Positions 55,501-64,000 of a stretch of DNA of 64,000 nucleotides are shown one piece after another. The notes beneath the pieces were generated by a model. The model made no database searches. It was not told the origin of the DNA and saw only the letters and a program-made list of their open reading frames with translations. The position numbers were made by a program, and so were the translations under genes. Every line of letters starts with the position of its first letter. The stretch's first letter is position 1. The stretch lies in sequence record PZ583742.1; one strand, given 5' to 3'. The stretch comes from a phage.

Positions 55501-56530
55501 CAGTCGGTAAATCGATATTAATCGTTGCCGGAGTTGAGTTATCTTCGCCAAATACAATGACGCTTTCGTTTGGTAAAAGTTTAACGCTGTCACGAATAAC
55601 GCGCAGACGAGTTTTAAAATCACCGTCCCAAACATGCCAGAGTTTTTCGGCAGCATCATAAACGAAGAAACCATCACCTGTGGTACGGAATTCCATTTGA
55701 TGCTGACCAGCTTTATCAAGACTGGAACTAGTGTCAAAGGTTTCAACCATCAGGTGGAACGTTGGTCCCATACCATCGATATCAACAGATTTGACAATAT
55801 CACCCTGGTTTGCATACTTAGGAAGAATGAAAGTAATCGGTGCACCAGTTGTATAACGACGCATAATAAAGTCGCCAGCTTGTGCATGGAAACGTCCGGT
55901 CGACGGTTCTACTCTGATACCACGTTCTTCGTTACCTGCTTCCCAAAATTGCCATAAGCGGTTTGAAAAGATAAGCATGTTATAAGAGAATGGTTTGGTA
56001 ATTAAAACTTCTGAATACTGATTACCAAAGCGAACAATCTTTTGGTTACCTTGACCAGGCACATTGCTCGATTGAACTTTAATTTCATTATAACCGGTAT
56101 TACCGCCGATATCTTTAATAACGATGGTATCACCATCAGTCGGGTTCGGAGGCAATGTAAATGTGGTAAAGCTTGCAGCTGAGTCGACTGCGATAAATTC
56201 CCCGGAGCTAAGCTGACGAGTTGGAGATGCAACAGTTTCCCATTTAGGGTCAGTACGAGTTGCTAACCAATACTGAGGGGTAAATGCTCCAGCTGGTGCC
56301 GGAATATCACGTTGAGCAACCCAAATACGGTTATCATTAATAACCGCAAAGTTCTTTTTGTATCCGCGCGTCGCATCATATTGTTGAATTGTGTTTTCTT
56401 CTATAAAGAAACCTACGTTAACGCCGTCTGATAAAACTGAGTAATCAGCTTTTGCGACATTAATGACTTTCTCACCAGCAGCATCGAGACCGGATGTTGC
56501 TCTGAATGCTGGTTTTAAAATATCGGCCAT
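52574..56530 (-). CDS. 34: long tail fibre proximal subunit gp34
   Basis: 1318 aa; start of the late fibre block. Confidence 0.9.
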   Translation of the reverse strand: MADILKPAFRATSGLDAAGEKVINVAKADYSVLSDGVNVGFFIEENTIQQYDATRGYKKNFAVINDNRIWVAQRDIPAPAGAFTPQYWLATRTDPKWETVASPTRQLSSGEFIAVDSAASFTTFTLPPNPTDGDTIVIKDIGGNTGYNEIKVQSSNVPGQGNQKIVRFGNQYSEVLITKPFSYNMLIFSNRLWQFWEAGNEERGIRVEPSTGRFHAQAGDFIMRRYTTGAPITFILPKYANQGDIVKSVDIDGMGPTFHLMVETFDTSSSLDKAGQHQMEFRTTGDGFFVYDAAEKLWHVWDGDFKTRLRVIRDSVKLLPNESVIVFGEDNSTPATINIDLPTDVLQGDIVKIALNYLRKSQTVNIRAAVGDKIASDIKLLQFPKRSEYPPDTTWVLVDSLTFNGNISYTPVIELSYAEDTVSGTSYWVVAQNVPTVERVDSLNDSTRARLGVIALANQTQANVDHENNPEKELAITPQTLANRVAKENQRGIARIATTAQVNQNSDFAFVDDVIISPKKLNERTATETRRGLAELATQQETDAGVDDTTIITPKKLQARQGSESLSGIVTYVSTTGATPAASRELNGTNVYNKNTVNLVVSPKALDQYKATYTQQGAVILAVESEVIAGTSQSGWANAVVTPEMLHRKTALDSRIGLIEIATQVETDAGTDYTRAVTPKTLNDRKASETLTGIAEIATQSEFDTGTDDTRISTPLKIKNRFNNTARTSVNALSGLVETGTLWDHYSLNILEANETQRGTARLATQGEVNTGTDDKTIVTPLKLMSKKATENAEGIVRIATNAEATAGTSKVLAISPSALKYIAQTETTWEASETLRGFVRLSSGTATSAATTTTGAGFTYANGVYTPDPSKLVSYAKSGYAVSPYELNRVLQNFLPINAMAVNAEKLDNLDSTQFIRRDIAQTVEGVLTLTKQTNISAPVVSTSTAVFTDVTAGTSTFGTVNVVNGTNKWKITAPSTGTTMTIGDTTNVLTLNTASGNAAVLNNLSAGNDVQAKNNYVLNGRTIATTTGEASGATLALGDNSQNLVLKTLDAGNIIANGGGAFKVLTEKNAVEIVDRNFVNQGGDTMSGVLHVNAPVRVFGTKPSLIAQAPTADTVGFWSVDINDEPTYSQFPGYWTMKLKRQVNIDTVQTKPAGVTDEVWNASGWLTENGTFASPVIRYRNDDGTLGDEVLGSSGQKLRGTWFDYSVRDKEVKYPGTLTQFGNTLDSCYQDWVCYPTGLNGGTIRYTRTWQKNKSAWTTFAMVYTADNPPSAEDVGALPADNTTMGNLTILDWLRIGNVRIIPDPTTKSVKFEWVE

Positions 56531-56560
56531 GTGCTTTATCCTTATTGATTGGTATATGTG

Positions 56561-56568
56561 TATTTATA
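56561..56568 (-). promoter_or_regulatory. late promoter TATAAATA for gene 34
   Basis: Plus strand reads TATTTATA, about 31 nt upstream of gene 34 ATG. Confidence 0.55.
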
Positions 56569-56569
56569 T

Positions 56570-56597
56570 TGCTTTAAAAATTTTATGCTAATATAAT
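56570..56597 (+). promoter_or_regulatory. MotA-box middle promoter candidate for rnh
   Basis: TGCTTTA 56570-56576, TAATAT/TATAAT 56589-56597. Confidence 0.45.
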
Positions 56598-56625
56598 CGA
56601 GTCAACTAATTGAACAGAGGTTCAT

Positions 56626-57570
56626 ATGAATTTAGATTTTTTACTCCCTGAAGAAGACCGTCAAAAAGAAGGTTTTCAGTTACTCGATTTTAGTCAGCTC
56701 ATCATGGCTGCAGCCTTTCAGGAATTCGGCAAAGACGCAGGCTTTCCGAAAGTAACAACTGCAATGACCAGACACTTGGTTCTGAACTCTATCCGAAAAA
56801 ATATCGTACAGTTCAAAAAGCTTGGTTATACAATTCCAATTATTTGTGTTGATAACTCGAAGAATGGCTATTGGCGCCGGACTAAATCTTATTATTATAA
56901 GAAAAACCGTGCAAAGGCTCGTGAAGAGTCTCAATTCGATTGGGAAGGTCTACATGCTGCCATGCACATCATCATCGATGAAATGGAAAAATACATGCCT
57001 TACATCGTGATGAATATGGATAAAGTCGAGGCTGATGACCATATTGCAGTATTAACGAAGTTGCTCACTAGTCTAGGACATCCGGTTATGATTGTTTCTT
57101 CGGATGGTGACTTTACACAGTTGCATAAATTCCCTGGGGTGAAACAATGGTCCCCGATGCAGAAAAAATATGTCAAAACTAAATCAGGCGATGCCCTTAT
57201 GGATTGCGTGACAAAGGTTGTTAAAGGTGACAAAAAAGATAACGTGTCAAGCATCAAGGTTCGTGGTGATTTTTATTATACTCATGAAGAAGGTGAACGT
57301 ACTCCACCAACCCGTGCAGCCGAGCTTGAACAAATTGCTCTCAACTATTACGACCATGACGTGCTGAAAACGCTTTTAACAGAAGAGCAATATAATAGAT
57401 TCTGTGAAAACCAATTGTTGATTGATATGGACTTTATCCCAACGGAAATATCCGCTTCAATCTTAGAACGATATAATAATTACGTTATCCCAGCCAAAAG
57501 TAAAGTTTATCCTTACTTTGTTAAGTCTGGTTTGTCTAAACTAACTGCAAACATTGCTGAATTTTATTAA
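56626..57570 (+). CDS. rnh: RNase H (5'-3' exonuclease, FEN family)
   Basis: GYWRR...YYYKKNR, EADDHIAV, SSDGDFTQLH match T4 RNase H. Confidence 0.9.
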   Translation: MNLDFLLPEEDRQKEGFQLLDFSQLIMAAAFQEFGKDAGFPKVTTAMTRHLVLNSIRKNIVQFKKLGYTIPIICVDNSKNGYWRRTKSYYYKKNRAKAREESQFDWEGLHAAMHIIIDEMEKYMPYIVMNMDKVEADDHIAVLTKLLTSLGHPVMIVSSDGDFTQLHKFPGVKQWSPMQKKYVKTKSGDALMDCVTKVVKGDKKDNVSSIKVRGDFYYTHEEGERTPPTRAAELEQIALNYYDHDVLKTLLTEEQYNRFCENQLLIDMDFIPTEISASILERYNNYVIPAKSKVYPYFVKSGLSKLTANIAEFY

Positions 57571-57578
57571 GGTATATT

Positions 57579-57848
57579 ATGAAAGAGAAAAAAGTGAAAG
57601 TTGAATTTTGTCCTGATACTCATGGTGCTGAACTGGCCAAGCTGATTAAAGCTGCTTCCGATACCAAATTAAAAATGGAAGCATATGCAGACGAAATTAA
57701 AGACCTTAAAGACAAGGCAAAAACCGAATTAGGCGTTGACGGTAAGATGTTCAATACACAGCTCGGCCTGTATCATAAAGGCACTCGTGAGCGTTTTGAA
57801 GATGAAAAAACCGAAGCTGTGGAGCTCTATGATGTCCTCTTTAGTTAA
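57579..57848 (+). CDS. dsbA: DsbA-like dsDNA-binding protein
   Basis: 89 aa, the size of T4 DsbA, between rnh and gene 33. Confidence 0.55.
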   Translation: MKEKKVKVEFCPDTHGAELAKLIKAASDTKLKMEAYADEIKDLKDKAKTELGVDGKMFNTQLGLYHKGTRERFEDEKTEAVELYDVLFS

Positions 57849-58122
57849 TTTTGATACACAGAAAACTGAATCGCCTTCCGGGGCGATTAGTAAGCAGCAA
57901 AACGGGCTTGATATTGAAGCCATGGTCGAGTCAACTGAAATGTCTTATCTGGAAGCTGCGACTGCCTGGTTGGAAGAACGTGGAATTCCTGAAGGTAATT
58001 TTGCGCGATATATCCCTGCGGGAATCGTCGATAAGATTATGAATGAAGCATATGATGATAACTTGCTTCGTCCTAGTATGTCTCGTACACAGAAAACTAA
58101 TACGCTGGACTTTTTGTTATGA
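57829..58122 (+). CDS. 33: late transcription co-activator gp33
   Basis: C-terminal LRPSMSRTQKTNTLDFLL and NGLDIEAMVESTEMSYLEA match T4 gp33. Confidence 0.8.
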   Translation: MMSSLVNFDTQKTESPSGAISKQQNGLDIEAMVESTEMSYLEAATAWLEERGIPEGNFARYIPAGIVDKIMNEAYDDNLLRPSMSRTQKTNTLDFLL

Positions 58123-58787
58123 TTACGATTCGCATGCCTCCAAATAACAACCGATATATAAATGGTAAATCAGTATACCAACTGTACTTATCCATCAAAC
58201 AGCATTTTTCGGGTCGTTATGATATTATCAAATATAACTGGACCATGCGAATCTCCGATAGTGCTTATCAAAAACGTCGCGATAAGTATTTTTTCGAAAA
58301 GCTTAGCGATAAGTACACTCTTAAAGAATTAACGTTAATATTCATGTCAAACCTGGTTGCAAACCAGGATGCATGGATAGGCGATATAAGTGATGCCGAT
58401 GCTCTGATATTTTATAGAGAATACATTGGCCGACTTAAAAGAATTAGACAAGTATACGAAGATGATATAAAGAACATCTATTACTTCAGTAAGAAAGTCG
58501 AAGTCAAATCGCTCCAAGAGATTTTCGAGTATAATACTAAAGTGAATACAAGTTATATTTTCAAACTTCTCCAATCGAATGTTATCTCATTTGAAACGTT
58601 TTGTTTGCTTGATTCATTTTTAGGTATTATAAATAAACATGATGAACAGACTAACGACTTGGTTTGGGAAAAGTATTCAACCAAACTAAATGCCTATAAG
58701 AAAATCTTAAATATAGATTCTCTTGAAGCTCGTAAATTGTTCATCGAGACCGTTAAAAACTGTCAAATAACGCTTCAATCACTTTGA
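58119..58787 (+). CDS. 59: helicase loader gp59
   Basis: RYINGKSVYQLYL...ANQDAWIGDISDADAL match T4 gp59; 222 aa. Confidence 0.92.
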   Translation: MITIRMPPNNNRYINGKSVYQLYLSIKQHFSGRYDIIKYNWTMRISDSAYQKRRDKYFFEKLSDKYTLKELTLIFMSNLVANQDAWIGDISDADALIFYREYIGRLKRIRQVYEDDIKNIYYFSKKVEVKSLQEIFEYNTKVNTSYIFKLLQSNVISFETFCLLDSFLGIINKHDEQTNDLVWEKYSTKLNAYKKILNIDSLEARKLFIETVKNCQITLQSL

Positions 58788-58847
58788 AGTATAATTAATA
58801 CGTAATCAAAACAACTGCTAAAAATCAAATAATCTAAGGAAAATCAT

Positions 58848-59759
58848 ATGTCTATGTTTAAACGTAAAAACCCTGCTGACCTGGCTGCTTCCCTTAACGC
58901 TCTGAAAGGTGGTGCTGGTTTCTCTTCTGACGATAAAAAAGAATGGAAACTGAAAGATACTGATGGCGTCGGCTCTGCGGTTATTCGTTTCCTACCTTCT
59001 AAGAATGAAGAAAATCCATCTCCATTCATCAAGCTCGTTAACCACGGCTTTAAAAATGCTGGTCAATGGTATATTGAAAACTGTACTTCTACTCACGGTG
59101 ATTATGAAAACTGCCCTGTGTGTGCGTACATGAATAAGAATGACCTGTACAATACAAACGAATCCGAATATCGTAAACTGAAGCGTAATACTTCTTACTG
59201 GGCTAACATCCTGGTCATTAAAGACCCTGCAGTTCCGTCTAACGAAGGTCAAGTATTCAAATATCGCTTCGGCAAGAAAATCATGGACAAAATCAACCAG
59301 ATGGTTGAAGTTGATGTTGACATGGGCGAAACAGCTATTGATGTAACTTGTCCGTTTGAAGGTGCGAACTTCGTACTGAAATCTAAAATGGTTTCCGGTT
59401 ATAAAAATTACGATGATTCCAAATTCATGAACCAGTCTGAAATCGCTGGTATCAATGATGAAGCATTCCAGAAAAAACTTTGGGACGAAATGTCTGACCT
59501 GAATGAATTGCTGACATTTAAATCCCTTGAAGAGAATCAGAAGAAATTCTCTAAAGTAATGGGTACAGCTGCTCTCGGTGGTGCTGCTTCTAAAGCTGCT
59601 GCGCAAGCCGATAAACTGGGCGCTGACCTGGACGATTTTGATAAAGATATGGAAGACTTCACTTCCAGCAAACCTGCTAAGTCTGAACGCACTGCGACCG
59701 CTCCAAGCACTCCAGAGCCTTCTGATGATGGTCTTGACGACCTTCTGGCTGGCCTTTAA
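58848..59759 (+). CDS. 32: ssDNA-binding protein gp32
   Basis: Zn-site [26 protein letters not shown], acidic C-terminus; 303 aa. Confidence 0.95.
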   Translation: MSMFKRKNPADLAASLNALKGGAGFSSDDKKEWKLKDTDGVGSAVIRFLPSKNEENPSPFIKLVNHGFKNAGQWYIENCTSTHGDYENCPVCAYMNKNDLYNTNESEYRKLKRNTSYWANILVIKDPAVPSNEGQVFKYRFGKKIMDKINQMVEVDVDMGETAIDVTCPFEGANFVLKSKMVSGYKNYDDSKFMNQSEIAGINDEAFQKKLWDEMSDLNELLTFKSLEENQKKFSKVMGTAALGGAASKAAAQADKLGADLDDFDKDMEDFTSSKPAKSERTATAPSTPEPSDDGLDDLLAGL

Positions 59760-59765
59760 TATAAG

Positions 59766-59788
59766 GGGACCTTCGGGTCCCTTTTTTA
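59766..59788 (+). terminator. intrinsic terminator (UUCG tetraloop)
   Basis: GGGACC-TTCG-GGTCCC then TTTTTT. Confidence 0.6.
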
Positions 59789-59802
59789 TTTTCAAAAAGT
59801 AG

Positions 59803-59831
59803 TGTACAAGTCCTTTGAGCTAAGGCATAAT
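59803..59831 (+). promoter_or_regulatory. early sigma70 promoter
   Basis: TGTACA, 17-nt spacer, CATAAT. Confidence 0.55.
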
Positions 59832-59869
59832 GATTCCATCAACTACTGATAACAACTGAGGAAATAAAA

Positions 59870-60232
59870 ATGGAAATCGGCAAAAAATATGAGTTCAATC
59901 CACATCGTATTAAATCTTTCATTGATATTAGTTCATCGAATGCTAGTATGGTCGACATCATCCAAGAAAATGGCGGTTGGTTTGAAGTTAAATCAATATC
60001 AAGTGCAGACGGCTATGATTATGTAACCGAAATCATTTGTGCTAATGGTGCAATCTATAATGATGATGGCATGGGTGATGATTATTTTGAACTTAGTGAA
60101 GAAGAGTTTTATTGCTTCCGTGAATACTCCAATTATACGAAAACACCTTCGGGGGCGGTTTCTATTAATTGTGTTGTAGATGCTAATAACGTCGACCAAA
60201 TCATTGAACTTCTACAAAAAGCTTTCAAATAG
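59870..60232 (+). CDS. hypothetical acidic protein (120 aa), paralog of 60581-60955
   Basis: Shares MEIGKKYEF, DDYFELSEEEF and C-terminal IIELLQKAF with the paralog. Confidence 0.45.
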   Translation: MEIGKKYEFNPHRIKSFIDISSSNASMVDIIQENGGWFEVKSISSADGYDYVTEIICANGAIYNDDGMGDDYFELSEEEFYCFREYSNYTKTPSGAVSINCVVDANNVDQIIELLQKAFK

Positions 60233-60235
60233 CAG

Positions 60236-60265
60236 TTTACAACGGGTCTATGATTATGTTATTAT
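60236..60265 (+). promoter_or_regulatory. early promoter with stem-loop
   Basis: TTTACA; GGTCTAT/ATAGACC hairpin; TATTAT. Confidence 0.45.
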
Positions 60266-60294
60266 AGACCTATCAACTACATGAGGAAAATAAA

Positions 60295-60522
60295 ATGGCT
60301 AAGGTTAATATTGATATCGTTGATTTTGAATACACTTACGAAGTTATCCGTAATCGCTATCCTTCTTTGAGTATGACTTACATTAAAGATACGCAATTCT
60401 TTAGTATTCAAATTGAAGTTCAAGGTCCTCTTGAAGACCTTACTCGCTTTATGGCTGATGAGTATTGTGACGGTATGCATGCTGAAGACGCTGAATTTTA
60501 TATGGGCTTAATTCAAGCGTAG
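60295..60522 (+). CDS. hypothetical acidic protein (75 aa)
   Basis: ATG after CATGAGGAAAATAAA leader. Confidence 0.4.
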   Translation: MAKVNIDIVDFEYTYEVIRNRYPSLSMTYIKDTQFFSIQIEVQGPLEDLTRFMADEYCDGMHAEDAEFYMGLIQA

Positions 60523-60551
60523 TATACAAACCAATGGGAACATATTATCAT
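60523..60551 (+). promoter_or_regulatory. early promoter with stem-loop
   Basis: TATACA; GGGAACAT/ATGTTCCC hairpin; TATCAT. Confidence 0.45.
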
Positions 60552-60580
60552 GTTCCCTCAACAAAAATGAGGAAATTAAA

Positions 60581-60955
60581 ATGGAAACCGGTAAATTTTA
60601 CGTATTGGACCCTGCTGCTAAAAAACAATTCATCACTTCTGCCATTGCTGATGATAATTATAATTCATGCATGGTCAAGTTGATGGAACAACACGGCAAT
60701 TCCTTCAAAGTCCTGGATATGAGTTATATTGAAGGTGATTATTTTGTTGAAAAAGTTGAAATGAAAGATGGCACTATCCTGAATAGTATGGGTGGGCCTG
60801 ATGAGTACTTTGAACTCGCTGAATGGGAATTCCGTCACTTCCTGGAAGTTGATGGCGATGCTCCTGATGTTGATACCCAAACCATTCATGTGCAAGTCAA
60901 TCACAAAAATGCCGCAGAAGTCATTGCGCTGATTAAAGCAACTTTTGGGGTCTAA
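60581..60955 (+). CDS. hypothetical acidic protein (124 aa), paralog of 59870-60232
   Basis: See 59870-60232. Confidence 0.45.
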   Translation: METGKFYVLDPAAKKQFITSAIADDNYNSCMVKLMEQHGNSFKVLDMSYIEGDYFVEKVEMKDGTILNSMGGPDEYFELAEWEFRHFLEVDGDAPDVDTQTIHVQVNHKNAAEVIALIKATFGV

Positions 60956-60956
60956 C

Positions 60957-61211
60957 ATGACTAAAGATGATTTCCTGGATGCAGTAGAAAAAGCAAGCGA
61001 TCAATTTGAAGTAATGGGTGTACGAGTTCATAAAGACAGAAATTATGGTCTGGATGTTCAAACATACTCATTATGGCTTGTTGGTGAACACAGTCTTGCA
61101 ACCAATCTTGTTATGGGGGTTGATACTCATCCTTTATTAGTTAAGTTCAGAAGTATGGAAAAAGCCACCAAGGAAATGATTAAACTTGGCAAATGGCTTG
61201 ATAAAATTTAA
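60957..61211 (+). CDS. hypothetical protein (84 aa)
   Basis: ATG 60957 after GGGG (ORF-track TTG start 60945 less likely). Confidence 0.4.
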   Translation: MTKDDFLDAVEKASDQFEVMGVRVHKDRNYGLDVQTYSLWLVGEHSLATNLVMGVDTHPLLVKFRSMEKATKEMIKLGKWLDKI

Positions 61212-61218
61212 AAAGTAG

Positions 61219-61247
61219 TGTACAACCAAATGGGGCTATGACATAAT
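61219..61247 (+). promoter_or_regulatory. early sigma70 promoter
   Basis: TGTACA, 17-nt spacer, CATAAT; CCATACTGAGTTAAC leader. Confidence 0.55.
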
Positions 61248-61288
61248 GGTCCCATACTGAGTTAACAACTAAAACACTGGAGAATAAA

Positions 61289-61528
61289 ATGAAATTACAA
61301 CGTGAGAGCATCAAAGATTCAGAAGTTAAAGGCAAATGGTACTTTACAATCCAGGGTAACAATCCAGAAGCCCTGGAAAAAGCTGAAGAAACTTTATGTG
61401 CGATGGGTTGGAAAGATGAGTGTGATGGTTGTCCTCTTTATGAAGATGGTAGCTCATCTGGTTTCTGGATTCACCACTCTGATGTTGACCAATTTAAAGC
61501 TGACTGGAAAGTCGCTAAGAAAGCGTGA
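61289..61528 (+). CDS. hypothetical protein (79 aa)
   Basis: GGAGAATAAA then ATG. Confidence 0.4.
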   Translation: MKLQRESIKDSEVKGKWYFTIQGNNPEALEKAEETLCAMGWKDECDGCPLYEDGSSSGFWIHHSDVDQFKADWKVAKKA

Positions 61529-61538
61529 GGAAAATATA

Positions 61539-63314
<1,776 letters not shown>

Positions 63315-63315
<1 letters not shown>

Positions 63316-63512
63316 TGAATATTCGTATAGTAAACAATAGATACGGCGCCAATGAGGTGCTGTTTGAAAAAATGAACATAAGTCTCGATGAACTGCCTAA
63401 AGAGAAAACAACGATTTTTGTCCAGGGTAAAGAACTTTATGTTATGCGTGTAATTAAATCGTATGAATATGATGATTTCAATCGGTCTATCTGGTTTATT
63501 GTCGAGGTCTAA
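63315..63512 (+). CDS. hypothetical protein (65 aa)
   Basis: ATG overlapping td stop. Confidence 0.4.
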
Positions 63513-63573
63513 TGAAAATTCAAATTGTCGGTATTTTATTTCTGGCCGTAATGGTCGGGCTTAACTTCCTATT

Positions 63574-63873
63574 ATGAAAGCCTGTCGGGTTGTTAACAAA
63601 TATCAATCCGACTTTGATGTGAATATTCAACGGGGTACCATGTGGGGAAACCCATATAAAGATGGTACCCGAGAAGAAAACATAAAGAACTTTAAAGAAT
63701 ATTTCATAGCAAAGATTAAATCGGGTGAAATCAAAAGAGAACACCTTGAAACCCTTCGTGGAATGCGATTAGCCTGCACATGCAAACCGAAGTCATGTCA
63801 TGGCGACGTTATCGCTCTGGTCGTTAACAAACTTTTCAAAGACACCTTTTCGCTCGAGGATTTGGGTACATAA
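63574..63873 (+). CDS. DUF4326-like protein (99 aa)
   Basis: WGNPYKDG ... LACTCKPKSCHGDV signature. Confidence 0.4.
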   Translation: MKACRVVNKYQSDFDVNIQRGTMWGNPYKDGTREENIKNFKEYFIAKIKSGEIKREHLETLRGMRLACTCKPKSCHGDVIALVVNKLFKDTFSLEDLGT

Positions 63874-63932
63874 ATACGATTCCGCTTCAGGGCACTGTGA
63901 TATAATTATTTAAAATTTAATGAGAGGAAATT

Positions 63933-64000
63933 ATGAATTTACGATTTAAACGCCAGTCAGGCGAAGTCATTTTTGAAATGCCACAATTTACCGAACAGGA
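63933..64000 (+). CDS. 5' end of a gene continuing past the window (partial)
   Basis: GAGAGGAAATT SD then ATG 63933; runs to window end. Confidence 0.3.
   Translation, partial: MNLRFKRQSGEVIFEMPQFTEQ

Noticed and set aside
15381-61247. Possible CRISPR array suggested by recurring 30-45-bp near-identical elements
   Set aside because: The repeats are promoter/leader cassettes spaced hundreds to thousands of bp apart and each precedes an ORF; there is no regular repeat-spacer structure.

Overview
The window is a contiguous 64-kb stretch of a T4-like (T-even) myovirus genome, in inverted orientation relative to the usual T4 map. On the + strand it runs from recombination nuclease genes 47/46 through the replication core (45, 44, 62, regA, 43, imm, uvsX, 40, 41, 61, 56, soc, dda, dexA, topoisomerase 39 and 52, rIIA/rIIB, motA, asiA). 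The late block (holin t, adhesin 38, long tail fibre genes 37-34) is on the - strand, followed on the + strand by rnh, dsbA, 33, 59, 32, frd and td. Core genes were called from translated motifs and from similarity to T4 proteins as I remember them; no search was run. Between them lie accessory regions packed with small ORFs, most served by a T4-type early promoter (GTGTACA-N17-TATAAT) fused to a stem-loop, plus MotA-box middle promoters, TATAAATA late promoters and UUCG-tetraloop hairpins. I found no rRNA, tRNA, CRISPR array, integrase or intron. The most interesting candidates are an envelope-protein cluster beside imm where T4 has genes 42 and beta-gt, a minus-strand pair of paralogous membrane proteins beside an HNH endonuclease, and tandem ADP-ribosyltransferases. 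Three free-standing homing-endonuclease-like genes and repeated promoter/leader/gene-end cassettes suggest modular gene shuffling. No single undescribed system could be established; all small-ORF functions are inference from sequence only.
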